From Candidatus Bathyarchaeia archaeon (GTDB lineage Archaea; Thermoproteota; Bathyarchaeia; Bathyarchaeales; Bathycorpusculaceae): a stretch of DNA of 43,952 nt. The notes beneath the pieces were generated by a model. The model worked only from the letters and a program-made list of their open reading frames with translations. It had not been told where the DNA came from and did not search any database. Below are positions 1 through 9,748 of this stretch, in pieces (positions within the stretch are counted from its first letter, which is position 1; each line of letters begins with the position of its first letter). The DNA is taken from the NCBI GenBank assembly GCA_050010515.1, contig JBEKKX010000019.1, forward strand, positions 1-43,952, written 5' to 3'. The position numbers were made by a program, and so were the translations under genes.

Positions 1-188
1 TATACAAGCGAATGCTACCTACACACAGTAAAGAAAAGGAACTAAGATAGATAGAATAGCTCTTATTAAAATTGCAAAGACCGTATATCATTATGTATCA
101 GATAGTAAGAAGTTTCTACCCTCGTTATGTGTTGAAGTAGGCGGTTGTTTTGTTCATATATAAACAAACTCACCATGGTTACTTGCCA

Positions 189-389
189 TCAGCATTCACC
201 ATTACTCAGTATAAGCGGCACGGCCACAAACAAAGACACTATAACCCCCACAATACCAACAACAGCAGCTGCCGTAGCAATGTTTGAACTATGCATCCGA
301 TCCAGCGAATAAAGCCCAACAAGCATAACAGTAAGAAAGAAAACCAACAAAGCAACCGCAAACACATCCTTAACTTTTTGTTTGCTCAT
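189..389 (-). CDS. small two-TM membrane protein
   Basis: 66 aa ORF with two hydrophobic stretches and an ATG start. Confidence 0.55.
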   Translation of the reverse strand: MSKQKVKDVFAVALLVFFLTVMLVGLYSLDRMHSSNIATAAAVVGIVGVIVSLFVAVPLILSNGEC

Positions 390-1105
390 TGTGCATCATC
401 AGCAATGATTATTCATACTCTGCAGAGCTTTTTCAGCGCGCTATCGCTGTTGCTTGCCGTTGTTATTTGCAGGATTCGAAATAACTGGTTTCTTTCAAAT
501 CGTTTTTCTTTCTTTTTTCTTTTGTCTCTATCTTTCCCCAAGTTTTCACTTCTAATTGTTTTTAGATATGGTCAACATAAGCTCCTGAAGACACATTCTG
601 CTTTTCAGGGTATTCCAAGTTAGATTTTTGCGGTTTTTTGCTTCTATTTTTTTGCATATATTGCTGCATTATTTCATGTCTCCTTTGTCAGTTTTGAAGT
701 TTTCAACTTCTTCTAAGCTGAGAGATTATTAATCGATTTTCCAGATTTACACTCAAATCTTTACCAAATTCTTGCCAGATAACCACCAACTCTTAGAAAG
801 AGAACAAAATAGACTACGACGTCAAGTACAATGACCCGATTAAGAAAGCGTCAAGCGATAGAGCGTTTTGAGGTACCAATCAATTAGAAAAGCGGAAGCA
901 GGTAACAACTAACAATTAATCTAACCCGAGGGTTTCAAACGCGGGTTCAAACCTATACGGACCCGCTCCCATCTGAGTTCCTCACAGCCTAAATTCTAAA
1001 TTTGGCAAGGAGAACATTTCTCTCTTAAGGACAAGCCCTGTGGGATTTACACCCATATAAGGGTCTTCTGCTTTGTATTGAAATATGAACGGAGGAAGAA
1101 ACAAG

Positions 1106-2515
1106 ATGACGGACATTCGCAAGGAAACAGATAGCCTCGGCGAAGTAGATGTTGCTGCCGACAAACTCTGGGGCGCCCAAACCCAACGCTCGCTGGAGCA
1201 CTTCAGCATTGGCAAGGACCTAATCCCACGTGAGATGATTACCGCGTACGCCCTCCTAAAGAAAGCTGCGGCCAACGCAAACCACGCGGGCAAGCGGCTC
1301 GACGACCAGCGCCACAAACTCATCGTTCAAGTCTGTGACGAGATCCTCGTAGGCCAGCATCATGACATGTTTCCGTTGCACGTGTGGATGACGGGCAGCG
1401 GCACACAGTTCAACATGAACGTGAACGAGGTAATCTCCAATCGCTGCTGCCAGCTCGCCGGCACGCCGCTAGGAAGCAAGACACCAGTTCACCCCAATGA
1501 TCACGTCAACATGGCACAGTCATCGAACGACTCGTTTCCATCTGCAATGTGCATCGCGGCGGCGGTCAATGTGAAGGAGAAGCTGATTCCCGCGGTGAAG
1601 GCACTTCACGACGCGATTGCGGCGAAGGCCGAGCAGTGGGAAGACATTATCAAGATCGGCCGTACCCACATGCAGGACGCAACACCAATAACGCTCGGAC
1701 AGGAATGGTCGGGGTATGCGGGCATGCTCGCGGACAATCTCGAGAGGATTGAAAATGCACTGCAGGGTGTCTACCGCCTCGCGCTCGGAGGTACAGCAGT
1801 GGGCACTGGCATCAATTCGGCGCCAGGCTTCGGCGAAACGGCTGCCGCTGAAATCGCCAAGCTCACGGGTCTGCCGTTCGTAAGCGCGCAAAACAAGTTC
1901 ACAGTGCAGGGTGCGCATGATGATCTGGTGCAGCTCTCTGGCACGTTACGCACATTGGCCGTGTCACTCTATAAGATAGCTAACGACATTCGGCTGATGT
2001 CCTGTGGTCCGCGGGCAGGCTTCGCAGAGCTGGTGATTCCAGAAAACGAGCCGGGCTCGTCAATTATGCCAGGCAAGGTAAACCCGACCCAGGCTGAGGC
2101 GCTGACGATGGTAGCCGTCCAAGTGATGGCAAACGATGTTGCCGTGGGCTTCGGGGGCGCTGGCGGTTATCTCGAAATGAACGTCTATAAGCCTCTAATT
2201 ATCTTCAACGTGACCCACTCAATCACGATCATGGCCGACGGGTGCACAAACTTCCGCAAGTTCCTCATCGAAGGAACCCAACCGAACCTGAAGAGGATTA
2301 AGGAGTACGTGGACCGTTCACTGATGCTTGTGACAGCACTCGCACCGGTCATAGGCTACGACAAAGCGTCAAAGATCGCGCACTACGCAATGGACAATGA
2401 CCTTACGTTGAAAGCGGCTGCACTAAAGCTGGGCTTCGTGAAGGAGGATGAGTTCGACCGCATCGTCAATCCAGCGAAAATGGTCAAACCGTACGTCGCA
2501 ACCGACAAGCAATAA
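1106..2515 (+). CDS. fumC: class II fumarate hydratase
   Basis: [13 protein letters not shown] signature, [31 protein letters not shown]; ATG at 1106 follows GGAGG at 1091-1095. Confidence 0.96.
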   Translation: MTDIRKETDSLGEVDVAADKLWGAQTQRSLEHFSIGKDLIPREMITAYALLKKAAANANHAGKRLDDQRHKLIVQVCDEILVGQHHDMFPLHVWMTGSGTQFNMNVNEVISNRCCQLAGTPLGSKTPVHPNDHVNMAQSSNDSFPSAMCIAAAVNVKEKLIPAVKALHDAIAAKAEQWEDIIKIGRTHMQDATPITLGQEWSGYAGMLADNLERIENALQGVYRLALGGTAVGTGINSAPGFGETAAAEIAKLTGLPFVSAQNKFTVQGAHDDLVQLSGTLRTLAVSLYKIANDIRLMSCGPRAGFAELVIPENEPGSSIMPGKVNPTQAEALTMVAVQVMANDVAVGFGGAGGYLEMNVYKPLIIFNVTHSITIMADGCTNFRKFLIEGTQPNLKRIKEYVDRSLMLVTALAPVIGYDKASKIAHYAMDNDLTLKAAALKLGFVKEDEFDRIVNPAKMVKPYVATDKQ

Positions 2516-3008
2516 CAGTTCAAGCAAATCCTTTACTAGCAGAATATTCAATCATTTCGTAGTGGCACCTACTTTTTAGGAAAGGTATTGATATGAACAG
2601 TACCAATAAGCGTGGAGTAGAGTTACTTCGGGATCCTTCCCTCAATAAGTCGACAAGGTTTACCGAAGTGCTCGTCAAGCCGACATGGTGGATTCATCCG
2701 TCAGCACGTCTACAAGCCGGAGTACAGGCAGGAATACCGTATGAGCAGTAAAACTCAACAAAGCCACCGAGTCCAAACATCTAATCCACCTAAACCCACT
2801 ATTGGCAACATGGAAACTACAGGCACTGGTAGAATTTGATAAGACAAGCGGTATGATGATCTTCACTAAACAGTAGATGCACGCTTGGGCTCAAATCCCT
2901 CTACACTTAGATTTCTTTAAGTTAGAAACTGTTGTCACTGCACGCGCCAGATTTGTTAAGTAAAAGTTTTTAAGTGCTGGCAATTAAGAATTTTTAGGGT
3001 GATACGAA

Positions 3009-3167
3009 ATGTCTAGTGAAATGGAGAAAATTAAGAAAAAGTTTGACGAGCTTGAAGCGACTGTAAAAAAGCATACTTCTTCAGCGGAGCATGCGGACAA
3101 GAAAAGGCTTGAAGATTTAGATGCCCGATTGAAGGCTTTAGAGGAAAAAGTCAAAAAGAAACTGTGA
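3009..3167 (+). CDS. 52 aa coiled-coil small protein (not in ORF track)
   Basis: MSSEMEKIKKKFDELEATVKKHTSSAEHADKKRLEDLDARLKALEEKVKKKL; GGTGA SD-like motif upstream; T-rich tract downstream. Confidence 0.7.
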   Translation: MSSEMEKIKKKFDELEATVKKHTSSAEHADKKRLEDLDARLKALEEKVKKKL

Positions 3168-3266
3168 TTCTCTTAAAGCAGCTTTGTTTTTTCTCTCAAG
3201 TCCTTTTTTTCTTGTATGCGATTTAATTCTTGAAGTGGGATGACTGCAATTTCTGTAAGTTTTGTT

Positions 3267-3965
3267 TTATAATCCAGCGAGGAGCACGGCGATTATACCA
3301 GTTAAGAATATGCCGTCGAAGGTGCCTGCTCCGCCGATGCTAGCAACTTGCGCGCCGAGCTTCGGGATCTTTCGAAGATTCGAGAGGTCAGCGCCTATGA
3401 GTGATCCAAGTACACCTGACACATAAGCGATTGTTATTGGGTGTGCTGGTGAAAGAATTATTGCGGCTACTGCTGCAGCTATTGGCGGAATGAACATTGG
3501 AGTAGTTATTCCTACGCCTTTTACTGGTCGGGCTACTAAATGCGTTACCAGTGCAACGGCTAATACGCCTATGAAGCTGAGGAAAATCATTGAAGACGCC
3601 GATTTGATAAGCAAGTAAATGCAGACGGCAGTTGGTATTAAGGCTCCTCCAACATTAACTGCGACTAACGTGACGGCTTCTCCATACTCAACCTGAGGGA
3701 TCCGATAGGTCATGCCGAACCAGCTTACAGATTCTTCTCGGATAACGGGCACGTTGGCTTTCAGTTTTAGCAATGGAATGTTGATGAAGCTTCCAATCAA
3801 GGTTGCGGCTAAAAGCAGCAAGATGGTAACAGGGGTGAAGCCGACATTTTCGAAGGCAATGCTGATGGCTCCAAAAAAAACTAGGGCAACCACAGCAAAC
3901 AATAAAGCTAGCAGGATCGCGAAGAATAGATAACTATGGTGGACGTAAATTGTTTTCCTGCTCAT
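3267..3965 (-). CDS. DUF1614-type membrane protein
   Basis: GSFINIP, AVNVGGALIP, LIGADL and SIGGAGTFDGIFLTG motifs. Confidence 0.88.
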   Translation of the reverse strand: MSRKTIYVHHSYLFFAILLALLFAVVALVFFGAISIAFENVGFTPVTILLLLAATLIGSFINIPLLKLKANVPVIREESVSWFGMTYRIPQVEYGEAVTLVAVNVGGALIPTAVCIYLLIKSASSMIFLSFIGVLAVALVTHLVARPVKGVGITTPMFIPPIAAAVAAIILSPAHPITIAYVSGVLGSLIGADLSNLRKIPKLGAQVASIGGAGTFDGIFLTGIIAVLLAGL

Positions 3966-4268
3966 ACGTTCTCAGCTTACTGCGCTATTTTTCAAGATTA
4001 GTTTTAAAGATGCGCTTTATTTATGTTACCTATCAAAACATCTTGTCTCGCTCAAAAAATGCGTGCTACTCTGCATCAATTGTTAACTCTTAAGCTTAAT
4101 CAAATCATCCCCGTAACACCTCTGAAGCATTGAATACTTTTTCTCGGACATTTACCGCACAAGCAATAAGTAGTGTGAAACCAAACTTTGAGAGTGAAAC
4201 CAATTGGCTCTAATTCTGAGAAACTAATAAATTAATCTCTACCGTAACTGAATGTCGGGGTATCAAAT

Positions 4269-5561
4269 TTGGTTACTGAAAAAGTAACGCATTTTCACGG
4301 ATGCCAAGTGGCAACCACTAATTCAGTGAAACAGCACAAACTGAGGAAGCTCATAGCGTGGCTATCAGACAAAGAGGGAAGGGGAATGGAGTTCATCTCG
4401 CTCTATATACCTCGGGAGAAATCAATAGATGAGATAGTCGCAAACCTCAAGTGTGAGTCTGATTCTGTTGCCATGAAATCTGAGAACGCTAGGGACGTTA
4501 GGGATCGCCTTCAAGACGCCCTTAAGAATGTGATCCAGCGTCTAAAGCTGCAGAAGGAAATTCCAGAGAATGGGCTTGCGATATTTGCTGGAACTTTCGT
4601 CGCGAACGAGGCGGAAAGCGAAGTTTTACACGTCGAAGAACTCGTCCCACCAGAACCGATTACCGCCTATCTTTACGAGGTTGACGACCATTTCCGGTTA
4701 GAGCCGCTAAGGGAAATGCTGAGAGACCAAAGAGTTGTGGGGCTCGTCGCCATGGATTCAAAGGAGGCTAGCTTCGGGATACTCAACGGTGAACGCCTCG
4801 AATTAATCGAAAATATCACGTCGGGGATTCCAGGAAAGACTGTGAAGGGCGGGCAGAGCCAAAGGAGGTACGAAAGAGAACGCGACATGGAAGTCACATA
4901 CTTTTTCCACAGGGTTGCGGAGCATGCAACAAAGGCATTTCTCGAGAACCATAAAGTTACGGCGTTGATAGTTGGAGGGCCGGGCCAAACGAAACAGGAT
5001 TTCTTAAAGGGTGATTACCTTCATTATGAGCTAAAGAATGCGCTTCTGAGCATAGTTGATACGCAATCCGCCGGCAGAGAAGCGGTGAAAGAGGTGCTTG
5101 GCAAATCATTTGAGACACTGAAGAATATGTGTGCGCCAGAGGAGAAGATGATCGTGCAGCGCCTTCTGGCAGATATGGGCAAACAAGACGGTTTGGCTAT
5201 TTACGGACTAGATTCAGTGTTGAACGCGCTTAAGAATGGTGAAGTGGAAGTCGCACTGGTGACAGATAATACAGATATGATTGAAATTGTTGTAATGTGT
5301 AAAAGATGCGAACTATCAAGGGCGAAGATAGTGGATAAGGAAAAGAAGGTTCAAACTGTACAGGAAATGATATCGAGCCCATGCGAGAAGTGCAGCGCGG
5401 TTGAATACGAGGTGGAGGAGAAGGACATAATAGATGTCTTAGAGGATGTGGCTTCACAGACAGACGCAAGGGTTGAGGTGATATCTACAGAGTCGGAAGA
5501 AAAAGCAAAGCTTACAGCTTTGGGAGGCTTTGCCGCTCTCTTGAGATACAGACCTGGATAA
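4269..5561 (+). CDS. peptide chain release factor aRF1/eRF1 family, divergent paralog
   Basis: GGQS motif (GKTVKGGQSQRRYER), ISLYIP, PENGLAIF, VGGPG, CxxC...CxxC minidomain, C-terminal GGFAALLRY. Confidence 0.92.
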   Translation: MVTEKVTHFHGCQVATTNSVKQHKLRKLIAWLSDKEGRGMEFISLYIPREKSIDEIVANLKCESDSVAMKSENARDVRDRLQDALKNVIQRLKLQKEIPENGLAIFAGTFVANEAESEVLHVEELVPPEPITAYLYEVDDHFRLEPLREMLRDQRVVGLVAMDSKEASFGILNGERLELIENITSGIPGKTVKGGQSQRRYERERDMEVTYFFHRVAEHATKAFLENHKVTALIVGGPGQTKQDFLKGDYLHYELKNALLSIVDTQSAGREAVKEVLGKSFETLKNMCAPEEKMIVQRLLADMGKQDGLAIYGLDSVLNALKNGEVEVALVTDNTDMIEIVVMCKRCELSRAKIVDKEKKVQTVQEMISSPCEKCSAVEYEVEEKDIIDVLEDVASQTDARVEVISTESEEKAKLTALGGFAALLRYRPG

Positions 5562-5745
5562 AGTGGAATGAGAATCGCGAGAACCTTTTCTGGGCGTTTT
5601 ATCTGGGAGCATTTAACTCCGAAACGTGGTCAAAGTTTTGAGATCGATCGATAGGAATACGAGTTTATCCGGGAGTCTGGAGAGCTCCTCGCAGGCCAAG
5701 TCCATAGACAAGTTTTATAATGGTGTTTGCCTTAATCATCGAAAC

Positions 5746-6036
5746 ATGAAAATGGCTCTCGAAAGAAAAGTTCTTGTCATAAAAGTTGCTGGGGAAATGC
5801 TATTCTTATTTGGTCTTCTCGCGTGGGGTGATGGAGTATTGATTCAGTTTACTTATCCCATGGTGCTGGCTATGCCCGTGTCGCATTTACTTCTCTGGAT
5901 GAGAACAGACACCTTCACTATATTGTCCTTTCTAGTAAGCGCTCTCGGATTCTTCATGTGGAGACTATCCGCTGAACTAATCAAGTTTGAGAAAGACAAA
6001 GCGTCCGATAAGTCGTCTGGCGCATCGAACGTATAA
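5746..6036 (+). CDS. hypothetical two-TM membrane protein
   Basis: hydrophobic ORF; the in-frame ATG at 5746 is more plausible than the GTG at 5626. Confidence 0.55.
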   Translation: MKMALERKVLVIKVAGEMLFLFGLLAWGDGVLIQFTYPMVLAMPVSHLLLWMRTDTFTILSFLVSALGFFMWRLSAELIKFEKDKASDKSSGASNV

Positions 6037-6097
6037 AGCCTTGTGCAGCACCGATAGAAAAGCTAATTTTTACTATGCTTGCATGTATTTATGAGAA

Positions 6098-6325
6098 TTA
6101 GTTTTGGATTGAGCAGCTGCATCGTAGTCCAAAAGCTAAATACAGCAAGCCGCTGGCTATCGCTATTATTCCAAGCACACTTGCTAGGTAAATTATATTC
6201 GACTTTCCAGCAACTTTGACAAGAAAGTCAATCAAGAACAAACCTACGGGAATCTGGCGTGAAAGACTTTTACGGAAGGAGAAAAGCGCCCATATTTGGT
6301 TGAACTTAGTTGCGTCTGACGCCAC
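6098..6325 (-). CDS. hypothetical membrane protein, possibly a fragment
   Basis: 75 aa ORF with a hydrophobic C-terminal half; weak start. Confidence 0.3.
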   Translation of the reverse strand: MASDATKFNQIWALFSFRKSLSRQIPVGLFLIDFLVKVAGKSNIIYLASVLGIIAIASGLLYLAFGLRCSCSIQN

Positions 6326-6506
6326 GGTAATTCTTAGCAGTTTTCCTCAACAAATAACAAAACACTCAAACTGACTTTTCAAACATAAATCTATATGCGG
6401 GTTATTAGCACATAGAAAAAAGAGAATATGAACCCTTAATTGATGCTCCGATTATGCTCTCTTGTAATGGACACAGACGTTTTTGGCGCACCCTTAAAAA
6501 AGTGGT

Positions 6507-6674
6507 CTATTCTTCTTCTTTCTTCCAGTCTTTGTCTTTCTTCCAGTCTTTATCCATCCATTTAGGGTTCATCCAATGCATTTTCGGCATCCATTCCTTT
6601 GAAACTTCCATTAGAGCCTCGTTTATTTCCACTTCAAGGGTTATTTTCAATTTTCCCTTCTTTTCTTCACTCAT
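6507..6674 (-). CDS. 55 aa small protein with Trp/Met-rich repeats (not in ORF track)
   Basis: MSEEKKGKLKITLEVEINEALMEVSKEWMPKMHWMNPKWMDKDWKKDKDWKKEEE; strong SD GGAGGTGA just upstream. Confidence 0.75.
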   Translation of the reverse strand: MSEEKKGKLKITLEVEINEALMEVSKEWMPKMHWMNPKWMDKDWKKDKDWKKEEE

Positions 6675-6901
6675 CTATTTCACCTCCTTCAATTTTTGAG
6701 GGGCGCGCCTCGTTTAAAGCTCAATAGCCGTATCTGCATCGTAGTCAATTTACCTGACGCTTAGAGATCCTGTTAAAAGTAGCAAACTCCGTTTCTTGGG
6801 GGCTGAATATAGCATATGTCAAAAGTGAAAATTAAGTCTATTCCTAACAATATTAATGGACCTTTAGGAGCAGTCCTTCGCTAAGCTTTAATGTTAAGTA
6901 G

Positions 6902-6915
6902 TTATACATGTATAA
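6902..6915. promoter_or_regulatory. perfect palindrome TTATACATGTATAA, probable toxin-antitoxin autorepression operator
   Basis: 14-bp palindrome ending 2 nt before the antitoxin ATG. Confidence 0.6.
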
Positions 6916-6917
6916 TC

Positions 6918-7124
6918 ATGAACGTAAAGGCGAAAGTTAAGTGTTGGGGGAATTCGCTGGGTATTGTGCTGCCGAAAAAATTGGTCGAGGAAGAAGGGCT
7001 CAAGGAAGGAGAAGAAGTCGAAGTAACAGTAAGAAAAGTGTCTGATGTGCGTAGTCTTAGAGGCAAATATCCTTTCAAGGACCTGCAGCATGAGAAAGAC
7101 GAAATGAAACGCGGCTGGGAATGA
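6918..7124 (+). CDS. vapB: AbrB/MazE-family antitoxin
   Basis: KCWGNSLGIVLPK...EGLKEGEEVEV AbrB fold; directly upstream of a PIN gene. Confidence 0.88.
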   Translation: MNVKAKVKCWGNSLGIVLPKKLVEEEGLKEGEEVEVTVRKVSDVRSLRGKYPFKDLQHEKDEMKRGWE

Positions 7125-7125
7125 T

Positions 7126-7509
7126 TTGCGGAAAACTACAAGGTTCTTCTATGATAGCTATGCTGTTCTGGCATACCTTAGTGATAACCCAAGATACAGG
7201 TCTTTCTTTGAAGAAAATGACGGTTTTTTAACGAGGCTCAATTTACTGGAAATATATTACCGTACTCTTGAGGTTCACGGAGCGAAAGCCGCCTCTCAAG
7301 TAGTTAAAGTGTTTGCCAAATATGTTATGGACTTTGGAGTAGCTGACATTGAAGGTTCACTGAAACTTCGGTTGAAGCTAAAGAAAAATGGCCGCGACAT
7401 ATCTTACGCTGATGCCCTTGGATACTTTCTTGCACTAAAGTCTAACGTGAAATTTCTGACTGGAGATATATTGTTCAAAGGATTAGAAGGCGTTGAATTC
7501 GTCGTCTAA
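7126..7509 (+). CDS. vapC: PIN-domain toxin
   Basis: FYDSYA, LEIYY, SYADA and LTGD acidic PIN motifs. Confidence 0.88.
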   Translation: MRKTTRFFYDSYAVLAYLSDNPRYRSFFEENDGFLTRLNLLEIYYRTLEVHGAKAASQVVKVFAKYVMDFGVADIEGSLKLRLKLKKNGRDISYADALGYFLALKSNVKFLTGDILFKGLEGVEFVV

Positions 7510-7610
7510 ACCAAGCTTTCTCCAGTAAGCAAAAAGTTGGGGGTTCAAATTCCATCAGACCCATCTTCACAATATAACATTTTATAAGCACACTACGCCA
7601 TTCTCAAGTT

Positions 7611-8633
7611 ATGAAATCAGCTATTTTCATGAATGGCAGAAAGTTTGATGAATCAGAATTCAGTTCTGAAGAAGAGTTTGAGAAGATAGTGAAAGAACAC
7701 TTCAAGACTCTTTTTGGAGCAAAAACTGTTTACTTCGACATCAAAAGCAAGATTGGCTCTAAAACTTTGGGGTCTGCCATTCCAGATGGCTTCTTGCTTG
7801 ATTTCAAGGATGAAGAAAGTCCAGATTTTTATCTTGTAGAAGTAGAACTTCAAAAACATGACTTCTACAGGCATATCTTTCCGCAGATCACAAAGTTTTT
7901 CGCATTTTTCAATAACTCCGTAAGCAGGAACAGACTAGTTGAAAGACTATTTTCTTACGTAAAATCAAATTCAGAGTTGGAACAAGAGTTCAAGAAATAT
8001 CTTGGTTACAAAGAAATTTACAAAGCGCTAAAAGACATCATTGAAAACAGCCAAAACATACTACTAGTAATAGACGATAACAAGCCAGAGATGCAGGAAG
8101 TGTTTGAAACTTACACTGACACTTGGGACAAAATGGTAAAGGTAGAGATTCTAAAACAGTACACGGCAGACGAGAAAACAATATTCACCATGAACCCCGA
8201 TTTTGAGGAAATTGATTTCCCAGAGAAACCTCCATCTGAAGAAGACACAACTCCAGATGTTCCAGAGAACAGAACAAATGAGCCTCCCAAGGATATTAAC
8301 GAAGATATAATGAGCGCTTACAACAAAATTAAAACAGCAATGACGATTCTTAACCCCAAAATAATAACAAACCCGACAAAAGCATACGTGTCATTCAAAT
8401 TCAACCGTAACTTTGCATATATGCTAATCAAAAAGGCAAAGATGCACATTGTGATAATGCTACCCTACGCTGTTGGAAGTAGCTTAATTCACAAACACAG
8501 GCTACATCAACTCTCGGAAAGGGTTCAGAAATTTTGGAATGGCCCATGCTTTCAAGTGACTTTAGATAATTCTGATAATATAGAGGAAATTATTACAGCG
8601 CTTAAAGAGGCTTACAAAAAACAAATCTCATAA
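7611..8633 (+). CDS. putative PD-(D/E)xK-like nuclease with DUF5655-like C-terminal domain
   Basis: E-x-E-F-E helix, IPDGFLLD...YLVEVEL core, acidic linker, C-terminal KAYVSFK...FAY...FW domain. Confidence 0.6.
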   Translation: MKSAIFMNGRKFDESEFSSEEEFEKIVKEHFKTLFGAKTVYFDIKSKIGSKTLGSAIPDGFLLDFKDEESPDFYLVEVELQKHDFYRHIFPQITKFFAFFNNSVSRNRLVERLFSYVKSNSELEQEFKKYLGYKEIYKALKDIIENSQNILLVIDDNKPEMQEVFETYTDTWDKMVKVEILKQYTADEKTIFTMNPDFEEIDFPEKPPSEEDTTPDVPENRTNEPPKDINEDIMSAYNKIKTAMTILNPKIITNPTKAYVSFKFNRNFAYMLIKKAKMHIVIMLPYAVGSSLIHKHRLHQLSERVQKFWNGPCFQVTLDNSDNIEEIITALKEAYKKQIS

Positions 8634-8689
8634 AATGTATAATTAGACAAGTTATGAACAAAAAATAGTATCATTAGCCAAAGATAATC

Positions 8690-9748
8690 CTATAATTTAT
8701 AGCTAGGCTGCTGTTGTGAGATGCAGTGAATTGCCCCAAACCCACATATCAAGTCAACACAATTTACGCCCACGACTTTCCTTTTCGGGAATAGCTCTTG
8801 CAGAATAGATAACGCTATTTTGTCGTTTTCTGATTCGAAGGTTGGTACTAAAACTGTTTGGTTTCCTATGTAGAAGTTTGTGTAGGTTGCGGGGAGTCTT
8901 TTTTTGTTGCACTCGACCTTTCCGGGCATTGGCAGGTTGACAATGTTTAGTTTCTTGCCATCTTGATCGGTGGATTGGCACAGTATTTCATAATTTTTTC
9001 TTAAGACATCTGCATTCTCATCGTTGCCTTCTTCATAAGCGCACACAACTGTTGTCGGGTTAACAAAACGTGCAATATCGTCCACATGACCGTCGGTGTC
9101 ATCTCCAGCGATGCCGCTTTTCAACCAAATTATGTGAGAGACGCCCAGATAGTCTTGTAAGAATTTCTCGATTTTTTCTTTGCTAAGATGAGGATTTCTG
9201 TTCTTGTTTAATAGACACTGTTCAGTTGTGAGCAGGGTTCCTTTTCCATTGACATCTATTGATCCGCCTTCAAGAACGATGCCTGGTTCAAAACAGTTCA
9301 AGCGCATCTCGTGGTTTATTATGTGAGCGATCTGCCTGTCTTTCAAAAGTTCTTCGTATTTTTCTCCCCAAGAATTAAAAATCCAGTGCACCATTGCTAA
9401 CTCTTGATTTCTGTTCCTGACAAATATCGGACCGTAATCTCTAAACCACACGTCAGCGTAATCAAATTCAAAAAAACGGATTCTCTTTAAATCAATCTCT
9501 TTTTTTACAAACAAACTTGTTATCTTTTTCTTCATGGCCTCATCTTTCACAAAAAGATTAACGTATTCATCTTTATGGAGTAGCTTCACGATTTTAATGT
9601 AAGTTTCCTCGACTTTCTCGACGCCGGATGTAAAGGTTGTAGGGTCATGTGGCCATGCTAACCAGACTGCCTCATGCTTACACCATTCTGCGGGCATGCA
9701 GTATCCAAGTTCGCGGGGCGTCTTGTTTAAAGTATTTTCAATCTTCAT
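8690..9748 (-). CDS. aguA: agmatine deiminase
   Basis: MPAEW, WLAWPH, WFRDYGP, LEGGSIDVNG, DDTDGHVDD, GAIHCISQQQP. Confidence 0.95.
   Translation of the reverse strand: MKIENTLNKTPRELGYCMPAEWCKHEAVWLAWPHDPTTFTSGVEKVEETYIKIVKLLHKDEYVNLFVKDEAMKKKITSLFVKKEIDLKRIRFFEFDYADVWFRDYGPIFVRNRNQELAMVHWIFNSWGEKYEELLKDRQIAHIINHEMRLNCFEPGIVLEGGSIDVNGKGTLLTTEQCLLNKNRNPHLSKEKIEKFLQDYLGVSHIIWLKSGIAGDDTDGHVDDIARFVNPTTVVCAYEEGNDENADVLRKNYEILCQSTDQDGKKLNIVNLPMPGKVECNKKRLPATYTNFYIGNQTVLVPTFESENDKIALSILQELFPKRKVVGVNCVDLICGFGAIHCISQQQPSYKL

Noticed and set aside
291-623. 110 aa plus-strand ORF
   Set aside because: Low-complexity Phe/Ser translation of a T-rich strand that overlaps a more plausible minus-strand gene; likely a shadow ORF.
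414-669. Two short Lys-rich minus-strand ORFs (about 35 and 42 aa)
   Set aside because: No recognisable motif and only weak start signals; cannot be supported.
982-1953. Several ORFs overlapping fumC
   Set aside because: Antisense or alternate-frame shadows of a GC-rich gene.
6454-6699. 81 aa plus-strand ORF
   Set aside because: Antisense to the 55-aa ORF that has a strong SD.
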